Shown here one piece after another: positions 23,301 through 36,438 of a DNA stretch of 64,000 nt. The notes under the pieces are model-generated. The model searched no databases and was not told the DNA's origin. It saw only the letters and a list, made by a program, of their open reading frames with translations. Position 1 is the first letter of the stretch. Each line of letters starts with the position of its first letter. The translations under genes and the position numbers were made by a program. The DNA is from Phormidesmis sp. RL_2_1 (lineage in GTDB: Bacteria; Cyanobacteriota; Cyanobacteriia; Phormidesmidales; Phormidesmidaceae), in contig JAAUPS010000001.1 in the NCBI GenBank assembly GCA_012033015.1, forward strand, positions 3,490 to 67,489, written 5' to 3'.

Positions 23301-26175
23301 CAGATTATTGGTTTGTTGCAACACCGTATCGATGTACTGCTGCATTCTCACCAAATCACCCTTGAGATGGGCAACGTCAGCCGCTTCATTGTGAAATGTA
23401 AGCGTCAAGGAATAGTGTGTTTGCCAACTGTCGGGAGATAATAGGGTAATGCCTGCAGTGAAGTACATGAGTGCAGCAGAATAGTCTTGGTTGGCTCTAG
23501 CCTGACGCCCCGCACGCAAATTGAGCTGCATTAAAAGTTGGCGAAGCGCAAATTCTGGTGTTTGTACAGGCGCTGATGTCAGTAGGGCAGTACCCCGATT
23601 GAGATGATTGACGATATTAAAAAGCTGTTGATCTAGCTGTAATAAAGGCTGTAATGAAGGGCTATTTGCTGGCGGGCGATCCGTGTGCTCATCTGGAGCA
23701 ATCTCTTTTTCAGGTAAATCTGTGATGGGAAAATCGACTACAGAAAAATCTGCTGAAGTGCTATGGGCCAGTAAACGTTGGCCGATAGCTAAGTGAATGG
23801 CGGCTTGTTGGCTGGGTGCAATGAGTCCGTAGGCCGCCTTTTGAACGCGATCATGCAAAAAACGATAGACAGGATTGACTGATTCAAAGCTGCTCACTTC
23901 GCCCGGTGCGAAAGCTTTATAGCTATTGTTAGTGGGTGTGATCAGCCCTGCTTGAAGCGCACCCCACAAGGCTTCGGCAATTTCGGCTAAGGGGGTTTGG
24001 GTAGGCGATCGCCAAACTGGCCAGATCAAATTGCATGCCAAGACAGGCGGCAAATTTGAGGGCTGTTTGGATGGTGGTCGAGAGCTTTTGTAGGCGCACG
24101 CCGATCAGCTCCACCACATCGCTGGGGAGTAATGTGGCGCTAACGTGTGCTAATTCATATGTCCAGCGGCGTTCGATAAAATCAAAGATAATGGTGTTGT
24201 CAGCTTGCAGCTCGACTAAAACTTGGCCAACAAAAATGGATTACCGCCCGTTTTTTGATAAATGAGTTTAGCTAGAGGTTGGGCAAACTCTAAGCTGTGG
24301 TGCAGGGTATCGGCTACGAGGTGATTGGTTTCTTGCAGGGTGAGCGGCGTCAGCCTCAAACGGTTAACATGTGCGGTGTTGAGGGCGCATATCTCCTCTA
24401 TTGCTAGCGTCAGCAGATGGCTCTTAGAGACTTCATTGTCTCGGTATGCACCAATCATCATTAAATGTCCATCATCTGCCATTAACAGTTGCAGCAGTTT
24501 GAGCGAAGTGGTGTCAGCCCATTGCAGATTATCTAAAAAAATCACAAGGGGACGGTGGGGCTCTGTAAAACCTGTACAAATTTTTGGATGAGCCGATTGA
24601 GGCGAGTCTCGGTGCGATCGCAGGTAAGTCGGCTACGGGTGGCTGTGGGCCAAGGATGCTTTCTAGCTCGGGCATGACCGCTATCAAAACTTGAGCGTTG
24701 CCGTCAGCAATGGCTAAAATCTTTTGTCGCCACTGCTCTAGCTGGGTATCGCTGGCGCTGAGTAAAAGGCGAATCAGCTCGCGAAAAGCTTGCATAAACG
24801 CCAATAGCGGGGTGTTGTGCTGGCGCTGCTCAAATTTGCCTTGAATAAAGTAGCCACACTGACGGCTAATTGGCCGATGGATTTCTTTGATGAGAGCGGT
24901 TTTCCCAATCCCTGCAGGCCCAGACACGAGCATGAGTTCTGTGTTGCCTTGACTGATACGGTCAAAAGCAGCCAGCAAATGGGCGACTTCCGGTTGACGA
25001 CCGTAGAGTTTTTCACAGAGGGTGAAGCGATCGCACACATCCTCACTGGCCAGCTTAAAAGGTACTACTTCGCCAGACGTTTTGAGCTGATGCAGGCAAC
25101 GTTGCAAATCGTGCTTAATGCCAAATGCACTTTGATAACGGTTTTCGGCATTTTTGGCCATGAGCTTGAGCACCAAATCTGACAGAACCTGTGGCAAGGT
25201 ATCATTGCATAGCTCACTCGGCGGTATGGGCTGCTGCGCCAAATGTCCATGGATAATATCCATCGGGTCTGCGGCAATGAAAGGGAGACGCCCAGTCAGC
25301 AGTTCGTAGCAGGTCACACCAAAAGCATAAAAATCACTGCGATAGTCAATGCCTCGATTGATTCGGCCCGTTTGTTCTGGGGCAAGATAGGCCAGTGTCC
25401 CCTCTAAAGCCCTAGCTGAACCATCTTCTAAGGCGCTTTCTTTAAGCCCGACATGCTGTAGTTCGGAGGTTTCACGGGGAAGCGCGGAAGCCAGGCTAAA
25501 GTCAATCAGTTTGATCTGATGGCTTTCAGGATGAATGAGAATGTTGGCTGGTTTGATGTCTTTGTGAATGATGCGATGTTGGCCTAGCCCTTCTAAGGCT
25601 TCAGCAACTTGGATGGCAATCTGCAAAAAAAGAATGAGGTGTTCGATGCGGTTCCCCAACTTCACAGGCTCCAATTTCACAGGCTCCAACGTCACAGGCT
25701 CCAACGTCACAGGCTCTAACGTCACAGGCTGTGACTTCGCAAGCCCCGACTTAACCCATTGATTAGGCTTGGCTTCCGGCTTTGTGCCAAACTGCTCAGA
25801 TTCTACAGCGCTGGCATTTGAGCTAGAACTCGAGCCTGGATCTGTACAATATTGCCGTAAAAAAACATTGAGATTACAACCACCAAAATCTTCCATCACA
25901 AGGGCACTCGCATTGCCGCACGGAACCAATGCCAAGGGCCTAACAATAGTCGGCAAATCGATATCTTTGGCAATGCTGTACTGATGGCTAAACTTTACTA
26001 GCTCATTAAAACTAGGCAATTCGTTCTTTAAAAATTTGACCACTACTGGTTTTGACTCGCCATGCGGCGCACAATCGGCGTTGCCCTCCCGTATGCCCCG
26101 ATACACCAACGTCCGCGAGCCGTCGTATAACTTTTCTGTAAAGCTATACCCTTGTAGTTTAGCGGTCACATCCAT
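20364..26175 (-). CDS. Second Ser/Thr kinase-AAA-GAF-histidine kinase hybrid (frameshifted)
   Basis: HKDIKPAN, GPAGIGKT, FLDNLQWAD, HDRVQKAAY, LYLEN, AHEINNP, GTGLGL. Confidence 0.85.
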
Positions 26176-26420
26176 TCTCTAGACCCTGAAAGGCTGTTGA
26201 TAACACCCTCAGTTTGCCCATTTAGCCCTTATTGACGTGCTTCTCAAGCAGATGAGCGCCGAATTCCCGGCAAGCCAATTGTGGGTAAAAACAACAATAA
26301 AAATATTTTGTGAGGTTTGCCAACAGCTAAGCCAACCGTGTTATTATTTGACATCTTTCAAGGCCAAATTTCTTTCGTGACTTCTTTCGTGGCTACACAA
26401 CCAGCCCCCAATCTCAATAT

Positions 26421-26498
26421 GCCAGTCTAGATACGCCAATCTAGATACACCAGTCTAGATACGCCAATCTAGATACACCAGTCTAGATACACCAGTCT
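26421..26498 (+). repeat. 14-bp tandem repeat (RCCARTCTAGATAC) x5.5
   Basis: Directly visible. Confidence 0.85.
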
Positions 26499-26767
26499 CA
26501 ACAAAAATAAGAGCCAAAAGCAAAACCTATCCAATCAGCAACCTTACCTAGCAAGCAAGCCCCCAGCCAAGGTCACACCTTAGCCCAGCAGCTTAAGCTC
26601 CGCTCGCAGGCGTGACTTGAATCACGGTCTATTCAGCATCTGTTCATTGTGGCGTATAGTCTTGAGTTGATATTGGCTCCAGATGATCTTCCCCCGGCTT
26701 ATTCCGCTCTGTGCCTATTTTTATAGCGGACTACTCGGTTGACTATTTTCAAGTAAATGAATTTACG

Positions 26768-26781
26768 GTAACTAGTCTTAC
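26768..26781. promoter_or_regulatory. Possible NtcA box GTA-N8-TAC
   Basis: GTAACTAGTCTTAC; no properly spaced TAN3T -10 box seen on either strand. Confidence 0.25.
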
Positions 26782-27935
26782 AGACGCTTTGCTGTCAGCG
26801 GGTGCAATGCAAACGGCAAATCTGCTCCATCCAAATGTAATTCCATCTAAATGTAATGGAAATGTAATCCAAATGTAATAAATGAGGAGGCGTAAACGAA
26901 ATATATACGAGCTTTGACAACTCAAGCCTTTACATATGACTATGCAGCATCAGGGCCTATAGCATCAGGACATATCTATAGCAAATGCCAAACATAAACC
27001 AGATCATTAAGATAGGTCTGGCGGTAGATGCTTAGCCATAGTGCTAAACCTACTATGACGATGAAAACACCGCAGATTATCAGGGCGTATAGATAAACAA
27101 AAGCCAGTTTTAGTGAGATAAGAAACCCAGGATAAAAGGCCAGTTAGATTAAAAAAACAGACATTTTTGCCAAGGTACGGTCATCACAGCAGGGGATCAC
27201 CACTGTGAGAAACCTCTTCTTTCGTCAAGATGTTAATTGTTAAGACAAGCGTTAAAGCGACTCTTTGGAGAACAATTCTAAGCAGGTTCTAACCTGAGGC
27301 TCAGTGTTCTTATAGGTGCTTGCCCTTAAGCTTATGTTAGCAACCAGTATCACTCTTGCGACATCCATCACTCCTCCAATATCACTCCTAACTTCAACGC
27401 TATCAAAGGCTGCACCATGAATTACCCGTTCAATGACATTGATGGCATGTTAAAATGAACTCATAATGATTCCGAGATGTGGTTCGAGATAAGCTATTTT
27501 GAAATGAATAATTTCGAATCGTTGCTCTCAGCCAGTATTTTTCAAGGGTATTTCATGTCAGTGGAGTGTTTTCCATTTGTGAGTCGGTAGGTCATTGGTT
27601 GGGAGATAAGTCGGTAAACAGCCAGCGTAGCTGCTTGTGCAATGTCAAGCGTGTCCACTGAGCTAGTGAGCGGTGTGTTGGTGCTCTACACAACTATTTT
27701 AGAGCCATACTTAGAGCCATATTTGGAGCAGACGTGCTCAAGGCAACATTTAGAGCAGACGTGCTTAAGGCAACATTTATAAAAAGACGTGCTCAAGGCG
27801 GACATGTTTGAGAGGACTCGGTTTAGCGGCAATTAAATCGAAACGAGTTAGGTCAATGATAGCTAGCGAGAGTCTGCTACTGCGGTTTTCTTACCAGACG
27901 CTTTCAGAATTTTTCGGCGGAGGCCCCAAAACATT

Positions 27936-29105
27936 ATGGCGATATCGAAAGCCCGTACAACTGAAGATTTGAAAAATAACCAAAAGCAGGGCTCTGTTAC
28001 ATCTGTGACAAAAGAGACCAAGGCCGAGAAAATGACAACCCCAAAAACCATTGTTGAGAAAGTGAGTGCTGATCAAGTGAGCGCTGAAGAAAGAACTCCC
28101 CGAAAAAATGCTAAATCCTCTAGGCGTAAGACAAAGCCTTTGTATACAACGGATGCTGTGCGGGCTTACCTGCACGAAATTGGCCGCGTGCCTTTGTTGA
28201 GCCACGAGGATGAGATTGTTTTAGGCAAGCAGGTGCAGCAGCTCATGGCGCTCATGGCCATTAAAGATGAATTGGCTGCTAAGCTGCCGGATAGTGAAGA
28301 TCGAGATGAAGCGATTTCTCAAGCTGAGTGGGCTGCTGCCGCTGGGCTGAGTGAAGCTGAACTCAAGCGTGATTTGCATCATGGTCAGCGTGCCAAGCGG
28401 CAGATGATTGAAGCAAATTTGCGCTTGGTGGTAGCCGTTGCCAAAAAGTACCAAAAGCGTAATTTAGAGTTTTTGGATCTGATTCAAGAGGGCACGTTAG
28501 GGTTAGAGCGTGGGGTGGAGAAATTTGACCCGACCAAGGGCTATAAGTTTTCGACCTATGCCTACTGGTGGATTCGTCAGGCCATTACTCGGGCGATCGC
28601 ACAGCAGGCACGCACCATTCGTCTGCCGATTCACATTACCGAAAAGCTCAATAAGATCAAGCGTGTTCAGCGCGAACTCTCCCAAAAGCTAGGGCGTAGT
28701 CCTAATGCTGCGGAGATTGGTGTGGAGCTAGAGCTAGAGCCTAAGCAGGTGCGTGAGTATCTCACCATTGCCCGTCAGCCGATTTCTTTGGATGTGCGTA
28801 TTGGCGACAACCAAGATACCGAGCTGCAAGATTTGCTCGAAGACGATGGCGACTCTCCTGAAGACTACACCGTGCAGCAGTCTTTGCGTCAGGACATCTT
28901 TAGGATGCTCTCTGAGCTAACGACGCAGCAGCAGGAAGTGATTAACCTACGGTTTGGCCTTAACGATGGCAATCCATTATCTTTGGCTAAAGTAGGTCAG
29001 CGCATGGGCATTAGCCGTGAGCGGGTGCGCCAGCTAGAACAGCAGGCGCTGAAGCACTTACGTCGCCGTAAAGCTAGTATCAATGGCTACTTGGCGGCTA
29101 GCTAG
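27936..29105 (+). CDS. sigB: Group-2 RpoD-family sigma factor, SigB-like
   Basis: VRAYLHEIGRVPLL, ANLRLVV, DLIQEG, STYAYWWIRQ, SRERVRQ; subtype assignment tentative. Confidence 0.75.
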   Translation: MAISKARTTEDLKNNQKQGSVTSVTKETKAEKMTTPKTIVEKVSADQVSAEERTPRKNAKSSRRKTKPLYTTDAVRAYLHEIGRVPLLSHEDEIVLGKQVQQLMALMAIKDELAAKLPDSEDRDEAISQAEWAAAAGLSEAELKRDLHHGQRAKRQMIEANLRLVVAVAKKYQKRNLEFLDLIQEGTLGLERGVEKFDPTKGYKFSTYAYWWIRQAITRAIAQQARTIRLPIHITEKLNKIKRVQRELSQKLGRSPNAAEIGVELELEPKQVREYLTIARQPISLDVRIGDNQDTELQDLLEDDGDSPEDYTVQQSLRQDIFRMLSELTTQQQEVINLRFGLNDGNPLSLAKVGQRMGISRERVRQLEQQALKHLRRRKASINGYLAAS

Positions 29106-29218
29106 GTGATGTTGCTATAGCCCCGTTAAGGATGCAGTCTTACTGGGCTATAGCAGAGCGTCAATCGCTTTAGCGCTGTATGATTTTCTGAATCGAGCTT
29201 TTCAGTAGTAGCGCTTGA

Positions 29219-30789
29219 TTACACGCTTTTTTCGAGGTCAGATTTTTCAGGCTTGAGTAAGGGAAAGGCGATCGCATCTCGTATACTGGCTGAATCTGTC
29301 AGCACCATCACTAGGCGATCTATCCCAATGCCCATCCCCACCGTGGGTGGCATCCCATATTCTAGTGCCGTAATAAAGTCTTCATCTACACTGCACGCCT
29401 CCAAATCACCGGCTTCTTTTTTAGCAGCCTGCAATTCTAGCCGTTCGCGCTGATCGATAGGGTCGGTTAACTCTGAAAAACCATTTGCCGTTTCGCGACC
29501 CACAATAAAGAGTTCAAAGCGCTCTACGAGTCCGGGCTTAGTCCGATGCGGCTTAGACAACGGCGAAATCTCTACCGGATAGTCCGTAATGAAGGTGGGC
29601 TGAATTAAAGTCTCTTCTACTTTTTGCTCAAAGGCTTCATTGAGAATATGGCCAATGCTGGCGCAGTCATCTACCTCTTTGATATCAACGCTTTTGGCTG
29701 CTTTTTTAGCGTCGTCTATGTTGTTGAATTGGCTAAAGTCAATCCCCGTTTTTTCTAACACAGCGGTATGCATGGTCATTCGCTTCCAAGGCTGCGCGAA
29801 GCGAATTTCCTGGCCCTGATAGGTGAGGGTTGTTCCACCTGTGACATCTTGAGTAATTTGTTCAAGCATGTTTTCGGTAAGGGCCATCATATCCTCATAG
29901 TCACCGTAGGCTTGGTACATTTCAATCGTCGTAAATTCAGGATTATGACGGGTGGAAACACCTTCATTGCGAAATACACGGCCTAGCTCAAAGACTTTCT
30001 CAAAGCCGCCTACTACCATGCGCTTGAGGTGCAGCTCTGTGGCAATCCTCAAATACAGCTCCATATCCAATGTGTTGTGGTAGGTCACAAAGGGGCGAGC
30101 TTCTGCGCCACCGGGTTCTGATTGCAGTACCGGCGTTTCTACTTCTAAATAGCCCAGATTGTCTAAGTGGCGGCGAATGGCAGCGGTGATTTGCGCCCGC
30201 TTACGAAAAGTGTCACGCACTTCTGGGTTTACAATTAAGTCTACATAGCGCTGACGGTAGCGCTTGGCGACATCGGTTAGGCCATGGAACTTGTCGGGCA
30301 AAGGCAGCAGTGACTTGGTGAGCATGGCGTATTGCTTCACTTTGACGGAGAGTTCACCTTTATCCGTGCGCTTTATCGTACCGCTTGCGCCGATAATATC
30401 ACCGGCATCGGTAAGCTGCTTAAGGTGGTTAAAGGCTTGCTCGTCAGTGTCGCCCATTTCAGCTTGAATGGTCTTTTTTTCTAAATAAAGCTGAATGGTG
30501 CCGGTTTCATCTTGCAGGGTGAAAAGGCCAGTTTGCCAAAAACACGCCGTGCCATAATGCGGCCTGCGATGGAAACTGCAAACGCCGCTTCTTCGCCCGC
30601 TGCCAAATCAGCAAACTTCGCTTGCAGTTCAACAATGGGGTGGGTAATTTCCCAGCGGTAGGCATAGGGAATTTGACCTGCTTGCTTGAGTTCTTCAACC
30701 TTTTTGAGACGAGCAGCGCGAATGCCTTCGAGGCCGGACTCACTGCTGTCATCAGGGTTGGGCGAGTTGGCGGATTGATCTGAGGCCAT
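29219..30789 (-). CDS. lysS: Lysine--tRNA ligase (frameshift near 30520)
   Basis: [41 protein letters not shown]. Confidence 0.95.
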
Positions 30790-30928
30790 GGACTAGGGAT
30801 GGGATGGTAAAAGGGGTGATTTGCCAGTCCTCATTGTACCAGTCCTCATTGGAAAGGATGGGTAGAGGATGGGTAGAGGATGGGTCGATAATTGCTGATG
30901 TTGTGTGATGACGATGGGTTGGCAACGC

Positions 30929-31585
30929 TTAAGCCAAGTCTGATGTTGGTAGGCTGTCGGGGCTGCTCAAAACGCCGTTTAAGAAAATATCGGCGAGGGT
31001 TTCGGCCATTTCTTTCATGTCTTTGGGGGTGCTGGCATCATCTGCCATGGTCGATTGGCTGAAGCCGGAGACGGTAAACATGCCCAGAAAAATGCGGGCG
31101 ACGACGCGGGGGTTCATTTTGCGGTATTCGCCTCTATCCATAGCGGTTTGGAAAAAGGCTTCGGTGACGTCGGTCATTTTGTCGATGACTTCGGCTTGAA
31201 TGCGATCGCGCAGCTCTGGATGAAACTGTGCTTCCATAAAGCACACCCGCAGCATGTCTGTATTGGCGTTAAGGCTGAGCATTCGTTTGCGCATCACCTG
31301 GGCTACGGCTTTGTAACTGGCCATTTCACTCAGTTCAGTGAGCAAATCGGTCAAAATTTCCATCCAGCCGCGTGTGGCGACTTCGACTAAAATTGCTTTT
31401 TTATTTTCAAAATGACGAAATAGGGTACCTTCAGCGACATCGGCCATTTGGGCCAGATCTTTGGTGGTGGTGCCACCATAGCCGCGCTGGGCAAATAGCT
31501 TTTGAGCAGCTTGCAAAATACGCTCTTGGGTTTCTGCTTCTTTGGAGAGAGCCGTTGACAGGCCAGTTTCGGGAGTGTTGGCCAT
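30929..31585 (-). CDS. TetR/AcrR family regulator
   Basis: GTTTKDLAQMADVAEGTLFRHFENK HTH. Confidence 0.85.
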   Translation of the reverse strand: MANTPETGLSTALSKEAETQERILQAAQKLFAQRGYGGTTTKDLAQMADVAEGTLFRHFENKKAILVEVATRGWMEILTDLLTELSEMASYKAVAQVMRKRMLSLNANTDMLRVCFMEAQFHPELRDRIQAEVIDKMTDVTEAFFQTAMDRGEYRKMNPRVVARIFLGMFTVSGFSQSTMADDASTPKDMKEMAETLADIFLNGVLSSPDSLPTSDLA

Positions 31586-31793
31586 CGCATTGCCAGGGGG
31601 AGTACGTTTGCCAGGAGTACGTTGCCCGCCCTGTAATCTGTGTTTGCGTTTGAAGGGCTGCATGACCGAATATTACTCACGAATGGATATTCACACCCTA
31701 TCGCTATTTTTTAGTCACAGCTAATAAAAAAGCATTTGCATTCACAAAAAAAATATCTACAGTGGCATATGGCCAACTAGTATATGGCTAACT

Positions 31794-32015
31794 ATGACAA
31801 GCAAAGATAAGCAAAATATAAACCTTCGTCAATACGCTGTGAATATGAGCCTAGTTGCCCTATTGGTCGTGATCTGGATAGCACTAGTTTTTTCTAACCT
31901 TGCCGATGCGTTTCCTGGCATTCTTTGGAGCTGGTGGCATTTGCCTAAGGGGTTGCTATGGCTAGGGCTCTTGGCACTTGTTGCTTGGTGTATGGATAGC
32001 GAATCATCTGGCTAG
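31794..32015 (+). CDS. Small hypothetical membrane protein
   Basis: 73-aa ORF with two hydrophobic segments. Confidence 0.45.
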   Translation: MTSKDKQNINLRQYAVNMSLVALLVVIWIALVFSNLADAFPGILWSWWHLPKGLLWLGLLALVAWCMDSESSG

Positions 32016-32329
32016 CACTAGCGCGCCTCACGGCAGCGATGACGGATTGATGATGGACTGGTTACACACTGGACTTAAGTCCTAGTTTAAGTCCTGGTTT
32101 AAGTCCTGGTTTAAGCCAGAACTTAGGGGCTGACTGCGTATAGGAAGCGTCAGATTTTATACGTAGAGTTTCATCAAATTTGCATGAAGTTGACGTAAAG
32201 ATTAACGGCTGAATATTTCCCCTCAGCAGGACTGGGTAATGTGTTTTATAGAAGAGACTGCTGAGCAGGCCATCTTCTAAAGACTCATTTTTTATAGGGT
32301 TTGTTCCTGCTAATTTGAGCAGAATATTT

Positions 32330-32686
32330 ATGCTGAAAAGCCATGTATCTATTCAAGCTGACTTTGATTGGCAGCAGCTTCAGCAATTAGCTGGTGAAGA
32401 TGCCGATTTTGAGACTGAGTTGCTGACGATGTTTTTGCAAGATGCCAAACTGAGCCTGAGTCAATTGGAGGGTGCGATCGCACAGCAGGACATGCTGGCG
32501 ATTGCTGATATTGCCCATTCACTGCGAGGGTCGAGTGCCAATGTGGGTGCAATTGCCCTGTCGCGCCTTGCAAGTCAGCTTGAAAGCATTGTGAACAGCG
32601 GTTGTCATTTGACAGATGCTGGAGCCTTGGTACAGCAGTTGCACGGGTGCTGTCAGCGCATCCAAGCTTATCTGACGACGTCGTAG
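32330..32686 (+). CDS. Hpt phosphotransfer protein
   Basis: AHSLRGSSANVGA motif. Confidence 0.85.
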   Translation: MLKSHVSIQADFDWQQLQQLAGEDADFETELLTMFLQDAKLSLSQLEGAIAQQDMLAIADIAHSLRGSSANVGAIALSRLASQLESIVNSGCHLTDAGALVQQLHGCCQRIQAYLTTS

Positions 32687-32911
32687 CACAGGTTAGAAAC
32701 AGGTTAGAAACAGGTCTAATACAGGTCTAATACAGGTCTAATACAGGTAGATACAGGTTTGACGGAGGTGCATATGAGCTGCTGCTATATGTACCTTGCT
32801 ATAGTAACGATTTACACCGATAACGCCTTTGAGTGGTTGTGTTGATTCAAGCAAACTGCAACAATTACAGCGGTTTTACTACCTAGTGACTTTAATTTAA
32901 GGACTGTCGGC

Positions 32912-33250
32912 GTGAAAAGAATTGAAGCAGTTGTGCGACCTGAAAAGCTACAGGATGTGAAAAACGCACTTGTCAATATCGGCGCTACTGGTATGACGTT
33001 AGAAGATGTGCGAGGATTTGGTCGCCAAAAGGGACAAACGAGCACCTACCGGGGCATTTCATACACAGTAGAATTTTTGACGAAAAAGCGGCTGGTGTTG
33101 GTCGTGCCTGACGATCAGCTTGATCTGATTTTGCAAACTGTGACCTCGGCAGCGGCAACGGGCACCATTGGCGACGGCAAAATCTTTGTTTCTTCTGTTG
33201 AAGAAGCCATTCGTATTCGCACGGGCGAAACGGGCGAACCTGCGCTGTAG
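32912..33250 (+). CDS. PII family nitrogen regulator (divergent paralog)
   Basis: 112 aa; GFGRQKG, YRG..Y, GDGKIFV, IRIRTGE. Confidence 0.9.
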   Translation: MKRIEAVVRPEKLQDVKNALVNIGATGMTLEDVRGFGRQKGQTSTYRGISYTVEFLTKKRLVLVVPDDQLDLILQTVTSAAATGTIGDGKIFVSSVEEAIRIRTGETGEPAL

Positions 33251-33265
33251 GTAGCGCCATAACAT

Positions 33266-33976
33266 TTAGCGTGATAAAAATTGGCCTAGCCAAAAGCAAA
33301 CTGCCGCTGTACCGAGTGGCACGCTGAGGTTATCGATACCGTATTTGGAGGCTGATTCTAGTACTGTCGCGGCGATCGCGCCGACAGCCGCTGCCCACCA
33401 AGTAGCCCCTTCAGCCCCCTGGGTGATAAACAAAATCCCAGCGCAGACGACATAGCTCACTACCAGCATGGTCAAACTGCCCTCCCAGCTTTTTTTTTCG
33501 CCCCATATTTGATACGGGCGCTGCCCCCATTGCTGCCCGACTAGAGCTGCTAGTCCATCGCCCCAAGTCATTGTCAAAATGCCGATAGCAGCATACTGCT
33601 GCTGCTGCAAGGGCCAAAACCAAAAAATCAGCAGCCCAATACTCATCGCATAAAAAAATGTGCCCAGGCTTTTGCGCCCGACGCTGTTAATGCCTGGTAG
33701 TAAGGGATAGCGGTAAGAAAGCAAGGCGACGATACTACACAAAACAGATGCGAGTATCCCTTGCCAAGCGGGGATCGCCAGCCACCAAGCAATCAAAATC
33801 ACATGGCCTGCGCCAATGTGCACCACTTTGCGGGTGATTTCAGCGCCGTAGCCCAGTCGTCGCAAAGCTTCTGAGAGGCCGCCAACCAAGGCCAGCCAGC
33901 CCAAAACAACTGTAGGTGGAAAAAAGAAAGAAGCCAAAATTAAACCGAATCGACAACCGGGCGGGGTATCGCCCAA
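33266..33976 (-). CDS. Phytol/polyprenol kinase family membrane protein
   Basis: TRKVVHIGAG, WGDGLAALVG, KSWEGS, GIDNLSVP; start uncertain. Confidence 0.75.
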   Translation of the reverse strand: MGDTPPGCRFGLILASFFFPPTVVLGWLALVGGLSEALRRLGYGAEITRKVVHIGAGHVILIAWWLAIPAWQGILASVLCSIVALLSYRYPLLPGINSVGRKSLGTFFYAMSIGLLIFWFWPLQQQQYAAIGILTMTWGDGLAALVGQQWGQRPYQIWGEKKSWEGSLTMLVVSYVVCAGILFITQGAEGATWWAAAVGAIAATVLESASKYGIDNLSVPLGTAAVCFWLGQFLSR

Positions 33977-34012
33977 ACACTTTCGCTGCTATCTTGATGT
34001 AGAAATTACTGA

Positions 34013-34744
<732 letters not shown>

Positions 34745-34758
<14 letters not shown>

Positions 34759-35302
34759 TCTTAGTGAAGTCGAAGAGGCAATGAAAAAAGCCGTTGAATC
34801 GACTCAACGCTCGTTCAATACCATTCGTACCGGTCGTGCTAGCGCCTCGCTGTTAGATCGGATTATGGTGGATTACTACGGCAGTCCGACCAGTTTGAAG
34901 TCGTTGGCAAATATCACCACACCTGATGCCAGTACGCTGATGATTCAAGCCTTTGACCCTAGCTCAGTACAACTGATTGAGAAAGCCATCTCACTGTCAG
35001 ATGTTGGCCTTGTACCCAACAGCGACGGCAGCTTAATTCGGCTCAATATTCCGCCGCTGACTACAGAACGGCGTCAGGAATTTATCAAAATGGCCGGTAA
35101 GTATGCCGAAGAAGGCCGAGTCTCGGTGCGTAATGTTCGTCGCGATGGCATTGACTTGGCTAAAAAGCAGGAAAAGGACGGCGATATTTCTGAAGATGAA
35201 TCTCGCGATATGCAAGATGAGGTACAAAAGCTCACCGATAAGTACATTAAGCAAATCGATCAGGCGCTGGCAGACAAGGAAAAAGCCATTCAAACGGTTT
35301 AA
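34745..35302 (+). CDS. frr: Ribosome recycling factor
   Basis: [20 protein letters not shown]; follows pyrH. Confidence 0.95.
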
Positions 35303-35305
35303 AAG

Positions 35306-36438
35306 ATGGCAATGTTTGAGTGCATTATTGTGGGCGGCGGCCCAGCCGGTAGCTCAGCGGCCTATCACCTAGCCAAGTCAGGGCGAACGGTGCTGCTACT
35401 AGAAGCAGCGGCCCTGCCCCGATACAAGCCCTGTAGTGGAGCCGTATCACCCAGCGTCGCCCAGTGGTTTGATTTTGACTTTACTCCGGCGATAGATAGC
35501 CAGTTGCGGCGGGTTCGCTATACCTGGAAGCTGGGTGATGAGATTGACGCTCAGCTCGAAACCGAATCGATTTGGACGGTGCAGCGCGATGTGTTTGATC
35601 AGTTTTTGATTGAGCAGGCCGAGGCCAAAGGGGCGCAAATCAAAGATCGCATGGCTGTCACCGGGATTGAGCTAACGCCTGATGGCTGGCAGATCAGCGC
35701 GGTAGGTGGTACGTTTTGGGGCAGTACCTGATTGCGGCAGATGGGGCCGCTGGGCCACTGGCTGATTGGCTGGGATTTACCCCTCACAAAGTCCGTGAGG
35801 CCGGTATTTTGGAAATTACTACGGCAGAGCCTGTCGAGAATGGCGCTTTTAGCTTTGAGTTTGGTTTGGCTAAAAATGGCTGCCTGTGGAGCTTTCCAAA
35901 GCAACAGGGCTATTCTCTTGGGGCCAGCAGTTTTATTGGCGACTCACTCAAAGATTTGCAGACACCGCTAAGGCAATATGGGTCAACGTTTGGTACAGGG
36001 TTGGAGAGGGGAAATTTTTATACCCATCCGCTGAAGCTGTGGAATGGCAATTATCCGCTGCATACTGAGCGGGCCGTGCTTGCAGGAGAATGTGCGGCCA
36101 TTGTTGATCCGCTGACGGCTGAAGGCATTCGCCCTGCTCTGTACAGTGGCATGATGGCTGCTCAGGCGATTGATCGCGCCTTGAATGGTGATGCTGAGGC
36201 CCTTGCAGGCTATACGCAGACTATCTATGAAAATTGGGGCGCTGATATGCAGTGGGCTCAGCGAATTGCCAAGGTATTTTTCCGGGTGCCAAAGATTGGT
36301 TACCGGGTGGGCATTAAGCGGCCTACGGCGACTAAGCGATTGGGCCAAATTTTAGCGGGCGAAGTGAGTTATGCAGACATTGCCAATCGGGTGATCAAGC
36401 GCATTGGGACGAGTTTTGTCCCTGGGATGGGGCGCTGA
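35306..36438 (+). CDS. Geranylgeranyl-reductase-family flavoprotein (frameshift near 35720)
   Basis: IVGGGPAGS, PRYKPC, IAADGA, DPLTAEGIRP. Confidence 0.8.

Noticed and set aside
26421-27805. CRISPR array
   Set aside because: Repeats are contiguous with no unique spacers, and no cas genes are present.
32790-32830. NtcA box upstream of the PII gene
   Set aside because: No exact GTA-N8-TAC present.
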